A stretch of DNA of 64,000 nt from an uncultured delta proteobacterium (GCA_963715335.1 CAVQRZ010000009.1:64001-128000); one strand, 5' to 3'. Shown: positions 31,822 to 42,190, counted from the first letter of the stretch. Notes: a model not told the origin generated them from the letters alone. Program-made: numbers and translations.

Positions 31822-31968
31822 CTAGTTGAACAGTTTCGAGCCGATGTAGGCGAGTGCCGGCCAGGCGATCAGGACCGCCGAGATGAAGGCGAAGATGCCG
31901 AGGGCGGCAATGACGAGAACCAGGTAAGAACTTTTTACGGTATCCATAAAGCGGCTTTGAGTTTTCAT
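31822..31968 (-). CDS. 48-aa hydrophobic small protein (paralog 1)
   Basis: GAGGAGG RBS; MKTQSRFMDTVKSSYLVLVIAALGIFAFISAVLIAWPALAYIGSKLFN. Confidence 0.85.
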   Translation of the reverse strand: MKTQSRFMDTVKSSYLVLVIAALGIFAFISAVLIAWPALAYIGSKLFN

Positions 31969-32495
31969 GATGTCCTCCTCTTTGTTAGTTCTTCTTGATT
32001 GATCTTGATTAGAGTTTTAACATTAGAGATCATTCATGTCAAGCATAAAAGTTAAAAATATTTCATAATTATTTAATATTTACTAACTAACTGTTTTTAT
32101 TGATGGATAAATCAGGTGAAGAGCCGCAAAAGCGGATTGTTTGGGCCCTATTCTTAAATTAATTTTGCGTTTTTTAGTAATAAAATAAGAAAAGCGGGAA
32201 CGAAAAACCAAAAAAAATTCAACGCAAAGGCGCAAAGCACGCAGAGAAAATCCGCTTCTATTGTTTATAAAACAAATCTTATAAGCTCTGCGTCTTCGCG
32301 TCTTGAGTGAGCAAAGCGAACGGGCGTTAAGGGCGGAGGCTGGGGACTGGGAAGCTTGATCTGTGGCGAACAACCAGCAGCCAACCCCCAGCCCCGGCTT
32401 TTAGCTCCCGCCTTATAGCCACTGATCAAATCGGTACCAGCGGATTAGACAATCTAAAGCATATTTACAGTTTTAGCTTTGTCGCGTTTCGCTGT

Positions 32496-32816
32496 TTACT
32501 GATGCACAGCACGCACCTCGAAGCGGATCTGTTCTTCCTGTTGGCAGGCATGCAGCAGTTCGATGAAATTATTCAGGGTGGGGTTGCCTTTCGGGCCAAG
32601 CATGCGGCGCAGACTTTTGTCATCCTTCTGCAACGAGCGGGCAATTCGGGCGAAAGATTCCGTGGCATTCAGGTAATCCCGCAACAGGCTTTTGCCCATG
32701 ACGACATCGCCATCGAGAAAAGCAACCGCCGCTTCGCTGATCAGTTCGGCACGGAATTCCGAATCGGTTTGCGCCCGGACCATAACAGTTTCGCGGAATG
32801 ATCTTGACAACGGCAT
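32496..32816 (-). CDS. HTH antitoxin (addiction module antidote-like)
   Basis: MPLSRSFRETV..LRDYLNAT..LRRMLGPKGNPT; directly downstream of toxin. Confidence 0.8.
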   Translation of the reverse strand: MPLSRSFRETVMVRAQTDSEFRAELISEAAVAFLDGDVVMGKSLLRDYLNATESFARIARSLQKDDKSLRRMLGPKGNPTLNNFIELLHACQQEEQIRFEVRAVHQ

Positions 32817-32817
32817 A

Positions 32818-33147
32818 TTATGACTCCCTCCCTGAGGCTTTGCGCTTCTTGTAATCTGTCCAGCACTGTTTGGCTGATATGATGTCTTTGCTCTGGGTTC
32901 TCTTGGTGCCACCACCCAGCAACAGAATCAAGACATCTCCATCACGACCGAAATAGATTCGATAGCCTGGCCCGTAAACAAGTTTGTATTCAAAAATACC
33001 ACCCAGACCCTTGACGTTTGACAGGTTGCCCTGCTCCATACGGCTCAGAGCAATGGTAACCCGCACCGCCGCCCGGGCATCAAGCTTATTGAACCACTCG
33101 GCGAACGGACTGCGCCCATCCTCCGTCAAATACTCGCGTACCTCCAT
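32818..33147 (-). CDS. RelE/ParE/HigB-like toxin
   Basis: YLTEDGRSPFAEWF, GPGYRIYFG, LLGGGTKRTQSKDI. Confidence 0.88.
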   Translation of the reverse strand: MEVREYLTEDGRSPFAEWFNKLDARAAVRVTIALSRMEQGNLSNVKGLGGIFEYKLVYGPGYRIYFGRDGDVLILLLGGGTKRTQSKDIISAKQCWTDYKKRKASGRES

Positions 33148-33421
33148 ACTCCCTCCAATGACATTCCATTACACACAATGATAGTAACATATACGTTACC
33201 AATTAAAACACAAATAATCTGCCACAGACCAACTCTATACAAGCGGGTTTGTGAGTTTCAAAAGAATATTTACAGGGATGAAGGGGACCAACGCCAACCC
33301 CCAATCGCCAGTCTCCAAACCCTGCCTCACAACCTTTATCCCTGTGAAGAATTGTTTTCAGGTTTCGGGTTTTAGGTTTTAGGTGTCCGCGTCCTTCGCA
33401 CCACGTCGCGCGTCCCGGCCC

Positions 33422-34936
33422 TTAGCAGAAGTTCCGCCACGAAGGATGCCCCTGGTCCGGATCGATCAGGCCGACCTGGTGGACGCAGGCGTAGCTGCCG
33501 AGCAGGCCGGTGATCTCCTGCTGCAGGGTGGCGAGGCTGGCGTCGATCAGCTGCAGATCGAAACCGCGCGCGCCGAGCTGGATGACCAGGTCCATGGCAA
33601 TGATCCGGCTGATCACCTGGCCGAGTTCGACCAGCTTGCGCTGCGCCATCGCGGCGTCGAGCTCGAATTGAAGCAGCGCCTTGAGCCGGCTGCTGGCGTG
33701 ACGGGTCAGCTCGAAGTCTTTGAGGAAGCCGTAGAGGTTATGCTGTTTGGCGACCTTCATCTGCTTGAGCAGCGATTCGCTGATCTGGGCGTAGAGGATA
33801 TCGTTGGAGCCTTCGAAGATCTGGAACGGCCGACTGTCGACCACGGCGCGGCCGGCGATGTGATCGAGCCGGTAGCCCATGGCGCCACAGAGCTGCAGCA
33901 GCGACTGGGCGGCATCCTGCATCAGGTCGGTGATGCAGGTCTTGACGGCGTTGGCCTCGAGGCCGTGCGGCGCCAGGTCTTTGGCGATGCCGGCGCGTTC
34001 GGTGGTGTTGACGCACATCGCCGAGCAGACCGTGAACGCCGACTGGATCCGCGCCAGGCGAGCCTGTACCTGGTCGTAGCCGAGCAGCGGTTTGCCGCCG
34101 ACCAGGCGGTCGCGGCAATGCACGGTGGCCTCGTCGAGCAGCCGGGTCAAAAATCCCATCGCCATCGAGGGGAACTGCATGCGGCTGCGGTGCAGCAGAT
34201 CAAGCATCATCTTGATGCCGGTGCTGTGCGGCACCAGGCGCTGACTGGGCGGGATCTTGACGTCGATGTGGTTGCGGCCGTAGGGGATCATGTACAGGCC
34301 GAGGTTATTGTAGCGCTCCTCGACCACCACCCGCTGGCCGGGGGCGTTGGCGTCGCAGACAAAAAAATCGATGTCGCGGGCCAGGCCGCGCGGGCCGCCG
34401 CTCTTGCGCGCCGTCAGCAGCCAGTAGTCGCCCCAGCCGGTCAGCCCGGCCCAGTGCTTGGTGCCGCGCAGGTGGCAGAGGCCGTCCTGCTCGCTCCAGG
34501 AGGTCTGCATGTGCAGGGCGTCGCTGCCGTAATCCGGCTCGGTGATCATCAGCCCGCCCATCTTGCGTTCGCGCAGGAAGCCGTTGAAGACCGGCTGCTT
34601 GGCCTCCTCCTGGCCGTACTTGGCGACCGGCTGCAGAAACAGCGCCCAGTTGATGCCGAAGATCAGCGCCAGGGCCAGCGACTCGTAGGACGCCGCCTCG
34701 ATCACCGCGATCCCTTCCTCGGGGTCGGCGCCGCGCCCGCCGTATGCGGCGGGGATGAAAACCGAGAGCGGATTGCACGCCATCACCTCGCGCAGCACGT
34801 AGGGCGGCAGGCCGCGCCCGGTGCTGAGCCGGTTCATCTCCTCGCGCTCGTGGAAGACGTTGTGCATGCGGGCTTTGAAATTATTCAGAAACTCGTTAAA
34901 GGGTATGGTCGCTGGTGGGATCTCTGCAGGGCTCAT
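33422..34936 (-). CDS. acyl-CoA dehydrogenase family protein
   Basis: MITEPDYGSDA, LRGTKHW, QLCGAMGY, QIFEGSNDIL. Confidence 0.88.
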   Translation of the reverse strand: MSPAEIPPATIPFNEFLNNFKARMHNVFHEREEMNRLSTGRGLPPYVLREVMACNPLSVFIPAAYGGRGADPEEGIAVIEAASYESLALALIFGINWALFLQPVAKYGQEEAKQPVFNGFLRERKMGGLMITEPDYGSDALHMQTSWSEQDGLCHLRGTKHWAGLTGWGDYWLLTARKSGGPRGLARDIDFFVCDANAPGQRVVVEERYNNLGLYMIPYGRNHIDVKIPPSQRLVPHSTGIKMMLDLLHRSRMQFPSMAMGFLTRLLDEATVHCRDRLVGGKPLLGYDQVQARLARIQSAFTVCSAMCVNTTERAGIAKDLAPHGLEANAVKTCITDLMQDAAQSLLQLCGAMGYRLDHIAGRAVVDSRPFQIFEGSNDILYAQISESLLKQMKVAKQHNLYGFLKDFELTRHASSRLKALLQFELDAAMAQRKLVELGQVISRIIAMDLVIQLGARGFDLQLIDASLATLQQEITGLLGSYACVHQVGLIDPDQGHPSWRNFC

Positions 34937-35195
34937 AAGGCCTCTCTCGGCTGGAATAATTATTTGCGCTCAATTGTATCGTTGTTCGCCGGAACTACAA
35001 CCCGAGAGGTGCGAGGCGAGAGGCGCGAACAAGCTAAAACTTTTTGGGCCACTGATCAAATCTGACAGGACGGATAGCTGTAGTCATAAAGCTCTAGAGC
35101 CTTACAGCCGTTATCCTGTTCACCCCCTTCATCCCTGTAAATAACGGATTTTCTTGTTTGTGTTTTTTCGCACCTCGCTCTTCGCCCTTCCGATT

Positions 35196-35726
35196 TCACG
35201 ACTCCTTGAACACCTTCGCGCCGCTGCAGATGTAATGGATGCAGGCAATCGTAGTCACCAGCGCGGTGACGGTGAACAGGAGGTTCAGCAGGGCAGGGGC
35301 AATAGCGGCTAAGGTGCTTAGCAGGACCAGGGCGACGGTGACGATCTGCAGCAGGGTGGCGAATTTTCCCCAGAAGCTCGGCAGGGCGACGCTCAGGTTG
35401 CCGGAGTAGTGCAGGATCCCGGCGCCGAGGGCGACGTAGACGTCCTTGGCGACGACGATCACCGCCAGCCAGGCCGGCAGCAGCCCCTGAACGCTCAGGG
35501 CGATGAAGGCGACGGTGCCGAGCAGCTTGTCGCCGAGGGGGTCGAGGAAGGTGCCGAGCACCGACTTCTGGTCGAGGCGGCGGGCCAGGTAGCCGTCGAG
35601 AAAATCGGTGAAACCGGCAAGCACGAAGATCACCAGCGCCAGGCCGTGGCGATCGTAGATCACCGCGATCAGAAAGGGTGCCACCATGAAGATGCGCAGC
35701 AGGCTGAGCAGGTTGGGCAGGTTCAT
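35196..35726 (-). CDS. CDP-alcohol phosphatidyltransferase (PgsA-like)
   Basis: PNLLSLLR, TDFLDGYLARR..GTFLDPLGDK. Confidence 0.9.
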   Translation of the reverse strand: MNLPNLLSLLRIFMVAPFLIAVIYDRHGLALVIFVLAGFTDFLDGYLARRLDQKSVLGTFLDPLGDKLLGTVAFIALSVQGLLPAWLAVIVVAKDVYVALGAGILHYSGNLSVALPSFWGKFATLLQIVTVALVLLSTLAAIAPALLNLLFTVTALVTTIACIHYICSGAKVFKES

Positions 35727-35959
35727 GCGATGCCTCGCTCTTAGAGTCCTACAAGTATGCCGTGTTCTTCGGGGTTTACAAACCCCGGTTCGCGAGACGG
35801 GACAAACCTAAAAACCTGTTTAACGCAAAGGCGCAAAGATCGCAGAGAGGACCTGTTGCTTTTGTTCGTACAACAAAGCTATTCCCTTTGCGTCCTTCGC
35901 GCCTTGAGCGAGCTAAGCGAACGGGCGTTAAACGAAAAGCTCAAAGGGCTTTTGCTTTT

Positions 35960-35994
35960 TCGCACCTCGCACCTCGCACCTCGCACCTCGCACC
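35960..35994. repeat. heptamer tandem repeat (TCGCACC)x5
   Basis: Direct reading; related GCGAGGT/CACTTCC heptamer runs at ~27922, 28215-28267, 28796-28866, 29955-30012, 35005. Confidence 0.85.
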
Positions 35995-36061
35995 TCGCGC
36001 TTCGAATAACTATTGTGCCTCCACAATTCAGCATGGTATGAAATTCAGCAGAGGGCGACAG

Positions 36062-36559
36062 ATGAACCAGGACGACGATACGACATTCATGCAGGCGGCG
36101 ATTGCCGAAGCGCAGCTGGCCAAAGCGCTGGGCGAAGTGCCGATCGGCGCGGTGATGGTCCATGACGGGCAGGTCATCGGCCGCGGCCACAACCTGCGCG
36201 AAACCAGCAACGACCCGACCAGCCACGCCGAGATGGTGGCGATCCGCCAGGCCGCAGCAGCGATCGGCCACTGGCGCCTGCTCGAGACCACCCTGTACGT
36301 GACGCTGGAGCCGTGCGTGATGTGTATGGGCGCGATCATCCTTGCCCGCGTCCCGCGCCTGGTCTACGCCTGCCGCGATCCGCGCGCCGGGGCGGCCGGT
36401 TCGATCTACGATTTTGCCCGCGACGAGCGCTTCAATCACCGGGTCGAAGTCAGCGAGGGGGTGCTCGGTGACGAATGCAGCACGATGCTGAGCAGCTTTT
36501 TTCAGGAATTAAGGGCAGGTAGGAAGGCGGCCAAGCCGCCTTCGGCAGCTGGAGGCTAG
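36062..36559 (+). CDS. tadA: tRNA adenosine(34) deaminase
   Basis: GEVPIGAV, HAEM, TLEPCVMC, FFQELR. Confidence 0.93.
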   Translation: MNQDDDTTFMQAAIAEAQLAKALGEVPIGAVMVHDGQVIGRGHNLRETSNDPTSHAEMVAIRQAAAAIGHWRLLETTLYVTLEPCVMCMGAIILARVPRLVYACRDPRAGAAGSIYDFARDERFNHRVEVSEGVLGDECSTMLSSFFQELRAGRKAAKPPSAAGG

Positions 36560-36721
36560 GGGCTGGGGCCTGGGGGCCATGATCTGGACGCCATGTTTGC
36601 AATTGGCCATAATTTGGGCTGGAAAAAAATCCCGGAATTCTATATAACTGTGAATCCGCTGAAGAACGTGGGGTTTGAGCTTTTGCCAACCCCAAGACTC
36701 CAGCCCCCAGTAGCAGCCCCT

Positions 36722-36809
36722 GGAGGGGTGTCCGAGCGGCCGAAGGTGACAGACTCGAAATCTGTTGTGGCGCAAGCCACCGGGAGTTCGAATCTCCCCC
36801 CCTCCGCCA
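36722..36809 (+). tRNA. tRNA-Ser(CGA)
   Basis: Cloverleaf with long variable arm; ACAGA-CT-CGA-AA-TCTGT; GTTCGAATC; CCA. Confidence 0.95.
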
Positions 36810-36815
36810 TACAAA

Positions 36816-36855
36816 ACAAGGGCTTAGCCAGAAATGGTTAAGCCCTTGTTGTTTT
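36816..36855. terminator. intrinsic terminator after tRNA-Ser
   Basis: AACAAGGGCTTAGCCA-gaaa-TGGTTAAGCCCTTGTT followed by T-run. Confidence 0.75.
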
Positions 36856-36866
36856 CCTCCTTGTCT

Positions 36867-37871
36867 TCACCGGTCACCGGCTTCCCTCGGCCCGGGCTTG
36901 CCCCACAAGATTGATTGCGGCTGCTGCTCAAGGGCTTCGACCAGCATTCTCGTCGCATGTGCCGCGCGGGAAACCTCCTGCAGCATCTCGTAAAAGCCCG
37001 CAGCCGTCGGCGAACCTTCGGAGCCGAGCCTTTCGACAGCCAGGGCCGCGCCGGAAAGATCTTCGCTGGCGCGGACCAGGTTCTGGAACAGCGGGGCTTG
37101 CGGGTCGGTGAGCGTTGTGACCTGGTCGGCGGCTTTTTTCAGCGAACCCAGCGCCTCGTTCAGGACCTTAAGGTCGGCCCGCAGCTCCTGCAGCATGGGC
37201 ATGCTTTCACGGTCCAGTTTTTTCATCAGGGATTCCAGGTGCTGCAAGGTCCGGTTGAGCCTTTGCGGCAACTCGGCGGTCTCGTCCGTAGCAAGCAGTT
37301 TATTCATCGAGGCGCTGATTGACGCGACATCCTCGAGAAACTTTCTCATGGGGAACTCCTCCAGCGTCAGGGAAAGCCTCTCGACGGTCGTCGGGATGGT
37401 CGGGATTTCACTCAATGCAGGGTTGTCCGAGACAAACCGCAGAGCTTGGTCCGGGTAGAAATTGAGCCCGATGTAGAGTTGCCCGGTGAGCAGGCTCTGC
37501 ATCCGCAGTTGGCCACGCAGCCCACGCTCGATCAGTTCGCGCAGGGTTTTGGGGTCGCCCAGGTCGACCTGCTCGCCATTGCTGGCCTGCACCACTGCCG
37601 GCTCTATTTCTATGGTGACCGGCACAACGAAGGTCTGCCCGTCCTGCAGCAGGCCAAGCTGGATCTGCTTGACGGTGCCGACCTTGACGCCGAGCAAAAC
37701 CACCGGAGCCCCGACCTGCAGCCCCTGGGCCGCGCCTTCAAAATAGAGGACATGCTGCCGACGATCCTGAAACCATTGCCCGCCCGAGAGCAACAACAGG
37801 GTGATCACGCCGAGGATAAAGGCGCCGAGGACGAAGACTCCGATCATGGCAGGATTGGCCTGTCTGCTCAT
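36867..37871 (-). CDS. MlaD/MCE family protein
   Basis: N-terminal TM, GLQVGAPVVLLGVKVGTV, QSLLTGQLYI, helical C-terminus. Confidence 0.9.
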   Translation of the reverse strand: MSRQANPAMIGVFVLGAFILGVITLLLLSGGQWFQDRRQHVLYFEGAAQGLQVGAPVVLLGVKVGTVKQIQLGLLQDGQTFVVPVTIEIEPAVVQASNGEQVDLGDPKTLRELIERGLRGQLRMQSLLTGQLYIGLNFYPDQALRFVSDNPALSEIPTIPTTVERLSLTLEEFPMRKFLEDVASISASMNKLLATDETAELPQRLNRTLQHLESLMKKLDRESMPMLQELRADLKVLNEALGSLKKAADQVTTLTDPQAPLFQNLVRASEDLSGAALAVERLGSEGSPTAAGFYEMLQEVSRAAHATRMLVEALEQQPQSILWGKPGPREAGDR

Positions 37872-38617
37872 AATTCCCCCCTGCTCAGGAAATGCCGCAC
37901 TTTGGCATCTCCGGTTCGAGCGGCCTGTTGCGGGTTGCCCGTGGCGATCATGGTATGGGTTTCGGCGTCAAGATAGATCGAGTTGTTGCCGATCGACAGG
38001 ATGCTGGCCAGTTCGTGGGTTACGACAACGATCGTCGTGCCCAGGCTGTCGCGCAGTTCGAGGATCAGATCGTCGAGGTGACGGGCATTCAGCGGGTCAA
38101 GCCCGGACGACGGTTCGTCGATCACCAGGATCTCCGGGTCCAGGGCCATGGCCCGTGCCAACCCCGCTCTTTTGCGCATGCCGCCGCTCAACTCGGCGGG
38201 GTAAAAGTCCTCGAAGCCGGCAAGTCCCACCAGGGCCAGCTTGAAAGAGACGATCTCGTTGATCCGAGCTTGCGCAAGGGCCGTGTACTCACGCAGCGGC
38301 AGCGCCACGTTCTCCGCCAGGGAGAGCGAGCTCCACAGGGCGCCGCCCTGGAACATGACGCCGAAACGGCGCTTGAGCCGTTGCTGGTCATCCGCAGAGA
38401 CGTTCCAGAAATCCTCGCCGGCATAGTACACCGTGCCGACGGCAGGCTTCTGCAGCCCGACCAGGGCGCGCATCAGGGTCGTCTTGCCGCAGCCGTTGCC
38501 GCCCATGATAATGAAGATATCGCCCTTCTGCACCACGAAATTGAGGTCGTGCTGAACGACATAGTCGCCATAAGCCATGGTCAGGTCACGAACTTCGATG
38601 TGCGGTGTCCCCGGCAT
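37868..38617 (-). CDS. MlaF-like ABC ATPase
   Basis: GGNGCGKTT, LSGGMRKRAGLARAMALDP. Confidence 0.9.
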   Translation of the reverse strand: MPGTPHIEVRDLTMAYGDYVVQHDLNFVVQKGDIFIIMGGNGCGKTTLMRALVGLQKPAVGTVYYAGEDFWNVSADDQQRLKRRFGVMFQGGALWSSLSLAENVALPLREYTALAQARINEIVSFKLALVGLAGFEDFYPAELSGGMRKRAGLARAMALDPEILVIDEPSSGLDPLNARHLDDLILELRDSLGTTIVVVTHELASILSIGNNSIYLDAETHTMIATGNPQQAARTGDAKVRHFLSRGEL

Positions 38618-38621
38618 TGCT

Positions 38622-39789
38622 TCATATCCCCAGTCGGTAAAAAAGAATGGTCATGAGAGAGGCCATGATGGTGATCAGCAGAATCCCGGTCACCACCGCC
38701 GAGGTTGCCGCCTCGCCGACCGCCTCGGCACTGCGCCCGCAGTGCATGCCTCGCAGGCAGCCGGCATAGGCAACCATGGCGCCATAGACGCTGCCCTTGG
38801 CAAGACCGACCATGAAATGCTTGATTTCCAGCGCCCGCAGCGTTTCCGTGTAATACTCGAAGAAGCCGATATCAAAGATAAAGTACGAGACCAGCAGCCC
38901 TGCCGACATGCCGACAAAAGAGGCGTAGAGGGTTAGCAGCGGCACCATCAGCATCAGCGCCAGGATCCGCGGCAGAACCAGAAAATCGATCGCCGAAACG
39001 CCGAGGGTCCGGAAGGCGTCGATTTCATCGTTGACCTGCATGGTCCCGAGCTGCGCGGCAAACGCCGCGCCGGTTCGACCGGCGATGATGATGCCGGTCA
39101 TCAAGGCCCCCACTTCCCGCACCATGCCGATTGCCACCAGGTCGGCGATGAAGATTTGCGCCCCGACCAGGCGCAACTGATCGGCGCCGAGATAGGCGAG
39201 GATCAAGCCGACCAGAAAACTGATCACGGTGACAATCACCAGGGCCCGCGGCCCGACCTCTTCCACTTCAAGCCAGAAATCGCTGCGCCGGAATTGTGCC
39301 CGGCCGGTCAGCAGCCGGCCTATGGACAAGGTGACCTCGCCCAGAAATTGCAGCATTTCCGGAAAGCCCCGATAAAAATCGATCGCCGCGGCCCCTAGCC
39401 GCGCAAGCATGCCGGTCTGGTTTTGCCGTCTCCCATCGATACTTTGTTCGGGCCCGGCAAAGGCCATCTTCAGCAGATGCTGAACACCGGCGGGCAGGCC
39501 GCTGCAATCGACTGTGATGTCATGCCCCGCAGAGAACTTCAGCACACCGGCGAGAAAGGCCAACAGGCCGGTATCCCAGGCAACCAGCTGGTCCGTCTGG
39601 AAGGAGAGTCGCCGCAGACCGTGCTTGCCCAGTTCAGGGCTCAGGACCTCCCAGGAAGGCAACGCCTGGTCCAGGCACCAGCGGCCGGCGAGGATGAATC
39701 TCCAGGCCCTGGTCGCCCTGGAGCTGCTGTTCCAGCTGCCAGCCTTGCAGACCGGGTTCACCTGCATCGGAGCTCTGTTTCCCCATCAT
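38622..39789 (-). CDS. MlaE permease with STAS-like N-terminus; probable +1 frameshift near 39697
   Basis: REVGALMTGIIIAGRTGAAFAAQLGTMQVNDEIDA; N-terminus MMGKQ..DQGLE joins ILAGRW after removing one base. Confidence 0.85.
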
Positions 39790-40142
39790 TACCAGTTCCC
39801 TGTCCAGAGGGGCGCCAGCACACTGCGCACCACGAGGCCGTCGAGTCAATATAGTTAATATTATCATTGGTTTGCTTAAAGAGAAGACGGGCCGGCCAAA
39901 CCGGAGCACTTTTTGCGCAGGCAGCCGCTGGTGAGCAGCGGGCGCAGCAGGTTAATCGGTGCGCTTTATCGACGGCAAAGCCCTGGTTGTCAATGAGCAG
40001 GGCACCTCTTCAGCCGGTAAGGATTGAACAGGCCGGAACCAGACCACCACCACGGCCACGCTCTTTCCTTCCCCCAACAAAAAGGGTATATTGGCCTGTC
40101 GTTTATCTCTGAAAGTTATGGTGTTTCCCGAACGGCCGAAGC

Positions 40143-41360
40143 ATGACACAGTTTTTCGCTCAGCTCGATACCGGCATCATCTGGCTGCTCGTGCTCCTGA
40201 TGCTGCTCTTCATGGCCGATCTGCTTTTTGTGCTGGTCAAACGCCGCAAAACCGAAAACATCCTGACCGAAAGCAGCCTCAAGAGCAGACTGCTCCTGAA
40301 TTCGGCAGCGGAAGGAATCTACGGCCTCGATCTCGAAGGCAACTGCACTTTCTGCAATCCGGCCTGCCTGAAGTTGCTCGGCTACCAGAGTGAAAATGAA
40401 CTGCTGGGCAGAAACCTGCACGAACTCACCCACCACACCCGCGCCGACGGTTCCCCCTACCCGGCAGACGAATGCCAGATCTGCCACGCCTACCTGCACG
40501 ACAGCAAGATCCACCTTGAAGACGAGGTCCTCTGGCACAAGGACGGCACATCCTTTCCCGTCGAGTACTGGTCGTACCCTCTCTATCAGGGGAAAGAGAC
40601 CATCGGTGCGGTGGTTTCATTTCTCGATATCACCGAACGCAAGCTCGCCGAGCTGAAACTGAGGACCGCCAACGAAGAACTGGACGCCTTCGTCCACACG
40701 GTATCCCACGACCTGCGCACACCGATTTCGGCCGTGATCGGGTACTCTGACCTGCTCAAGGAACTGCACCGGGAAGAGCTCAGCGAGGCAGCCCTGGAGC
40801 TGGTGAATATCATCGAAGAGCAGGGTGAAAAGATGGCGATGATTGTCGAGGACCTGCTCGCCCTGGCGACGACCGGCAACATCGAACCGCCGAACCAGCC
40901 GATCAATACCGACGGAGTCCTGCGCTTCATCCTCACCGAGCTTGCCGGCGAGATCGCAAAAAGCAGGGTCGAGGTGCGAGTCGAACCGCTGCCGCCGGTC
41001 CAGGTCCCGGAGTCGCTGCTGATCCAGATCTTTGAAAATCTGCTCGGCAACGCCTTGCGCTATGCCGGCCCGAACGCCGGCCCGATCGAAGTCGGCGGCG
41101 AACGCCTCGGTCAGAAAGTCAGCTATTTCGTCCGCGATCACGGCAGGGGGATCCCCCTTGATGAACAGGCGAAAATATTCAATGCCTTCTACCGCGGCAC
41201 GGGCGGCAAACTGAAGCCAGGCAGCGGCATCGGCCTGACCACGGTACAGAAAATTTGTCACCTGTATGGCGGACAGGCCAGCGTTGAGGATACGCCCGGC
41301 GGCGGGGCCACTTTCCGGGTTGAGATTATGGATGCGGCGGCGCTCAATCCTGCCTGTTGA
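40143..41360 (+). CDS. PAS-domain sensor histidine kinase
   Basis: TM, PAS (HHTRADGS..KDGTSFPVEY), SHDLRTP H-box, NLLGNALRY, DHGRGI, GSGIGL. Confidence 0.92.
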   Translation: MTQFFAQLDTGIIWLLVLLMLLFMADLLFVLVKRRKTENILTESSLKSRLLLNSAAEGIYGLDLEGNCTFCNPACLKLLGYQSENELLGRNLHELTHHTRADGSPYPADECQICHAYLHDSKIHLEDEVLWHKDGTSFPVEYWSYPLYQGKETIGAVVSFLDITERKLAELKLRTANEELDAFVHTVSHDLRTPISAVIGYSDLLKELHREELSEAALELVNIIEEQGEKMAMIVEDLLALATTGNIEPPNQPINTDGVLRFILTELAGEIAKSRVEVRVEPLPPVQVPESLLIQIFENLLGNALRYAGPNAGPIEVGGERLGQKVSYFVRDHGRGIPLDEQAKIFNAFYRGTGGKLKPGSGIGLTTVQKICHLYGGQASVEDTPGGGATFRVEIMDAAALNPAC

Positions 41361-41452
41361 CTGTTGCAGACACGACCCTCAAAGGCATCGATTATGGGGA
41401 CACAATACTTGATTGCATTGTGTCCCTTTTCGTTTTGACCGTTGAAAGCTTA

Positions 41453-41892
41453 AAGATCAAAACAGAACCGGCGGGTCGCGTCCCGCCAGACGCCATACTT
41501 TTGTCCGGCAACAAAAGTATGCAAAAACGCCTTCTCCTTGCGGAGGGCATCTCCTTTGCCGGATTTCTGTGACTTCAAGAACCTGCTGTAATGGGAATCC
41601 GGCCCTGTGTCAAAGGGCCTGACCTTTCTGTGTGATTTACCAGGGAAAAGCCAAAACAATTTCTACCGACGCAAGCCTCCACGAAAGGAGAGGCTCTCAA
41701 GAGCCTCGGCTCCTACGGGGGAAGCGTAAACATTTAGTCGGTTAATATAGCCTGAATTGAGGTTGCCGCCATGCCGAGCCAGACATGCCCAGCGCAGCGC
41801 AGGCCCTTTTCTGCTTACTCTTTTGGGCCAGCAAAAGAGTAAGGCGCAGTCGGGGGGCGCGACCCCCGGGTTCTGCTTTTGCTTTTGATCTT
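41453..41892. repeat. ~440-bp hairpin-rich noncoding element, copy 1 (MITE-like or structured RNA)
   Basis: Imperfect terminal IRs AAGATCAAAA..GAACC / GGTTC..TTTTGATCTT; homologous to 41911-42190 and to reverse complement of 54055-54484. Confidence 0.85.
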
Positions 41893-41910
41893 ATGAGCTT
41901 AATAGGATTA

Positions 41911-42190
41911 AAAGCAGAACCGGCGGGTCGCGTCCCGCCGGACGCCATACTTTTGTCCGGCAACAAAAGTATGCAAAAGCGCCTTTCTCCTTGCGGAGGG
42001 CATCTCCTCTGCCGGATTTCTGTGGCTTCAAGAACCTGCTGTAATGGGGATCCGGCCCTGTGTCAAAGGGCCTGACCTTGCCGAGTGATTGACAAAGGAA
42101 AAGCCTAAAATCATAACCTTTTGGGCCAGCAAAAGAGCAAGGCGCCGTCGGGGGTCGCGCCCCCCTGACGGCACCTTACTCTTTTGTTTG
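41911..42190. repeat. same element, copy 2 (internally deleted)
   Basis: First ~195 bp match copy 1, then jumps to the terminal TTTTGGGCCAGCAAAAGAG hairpin region. Confidence 0.8.

Noticed and set aside
33383..35065. 560-aa + strand ORF (also 18728-20014, 29184-30428, 42028-43287, 43555-44862)
   Set aside because: Typical GC-rich antisense ORFs opposite well-supported genes
35762..36061. N-terminal extension of TadA
   Set aside because: Translation through family B and heptamer repeats; the real start is 36062
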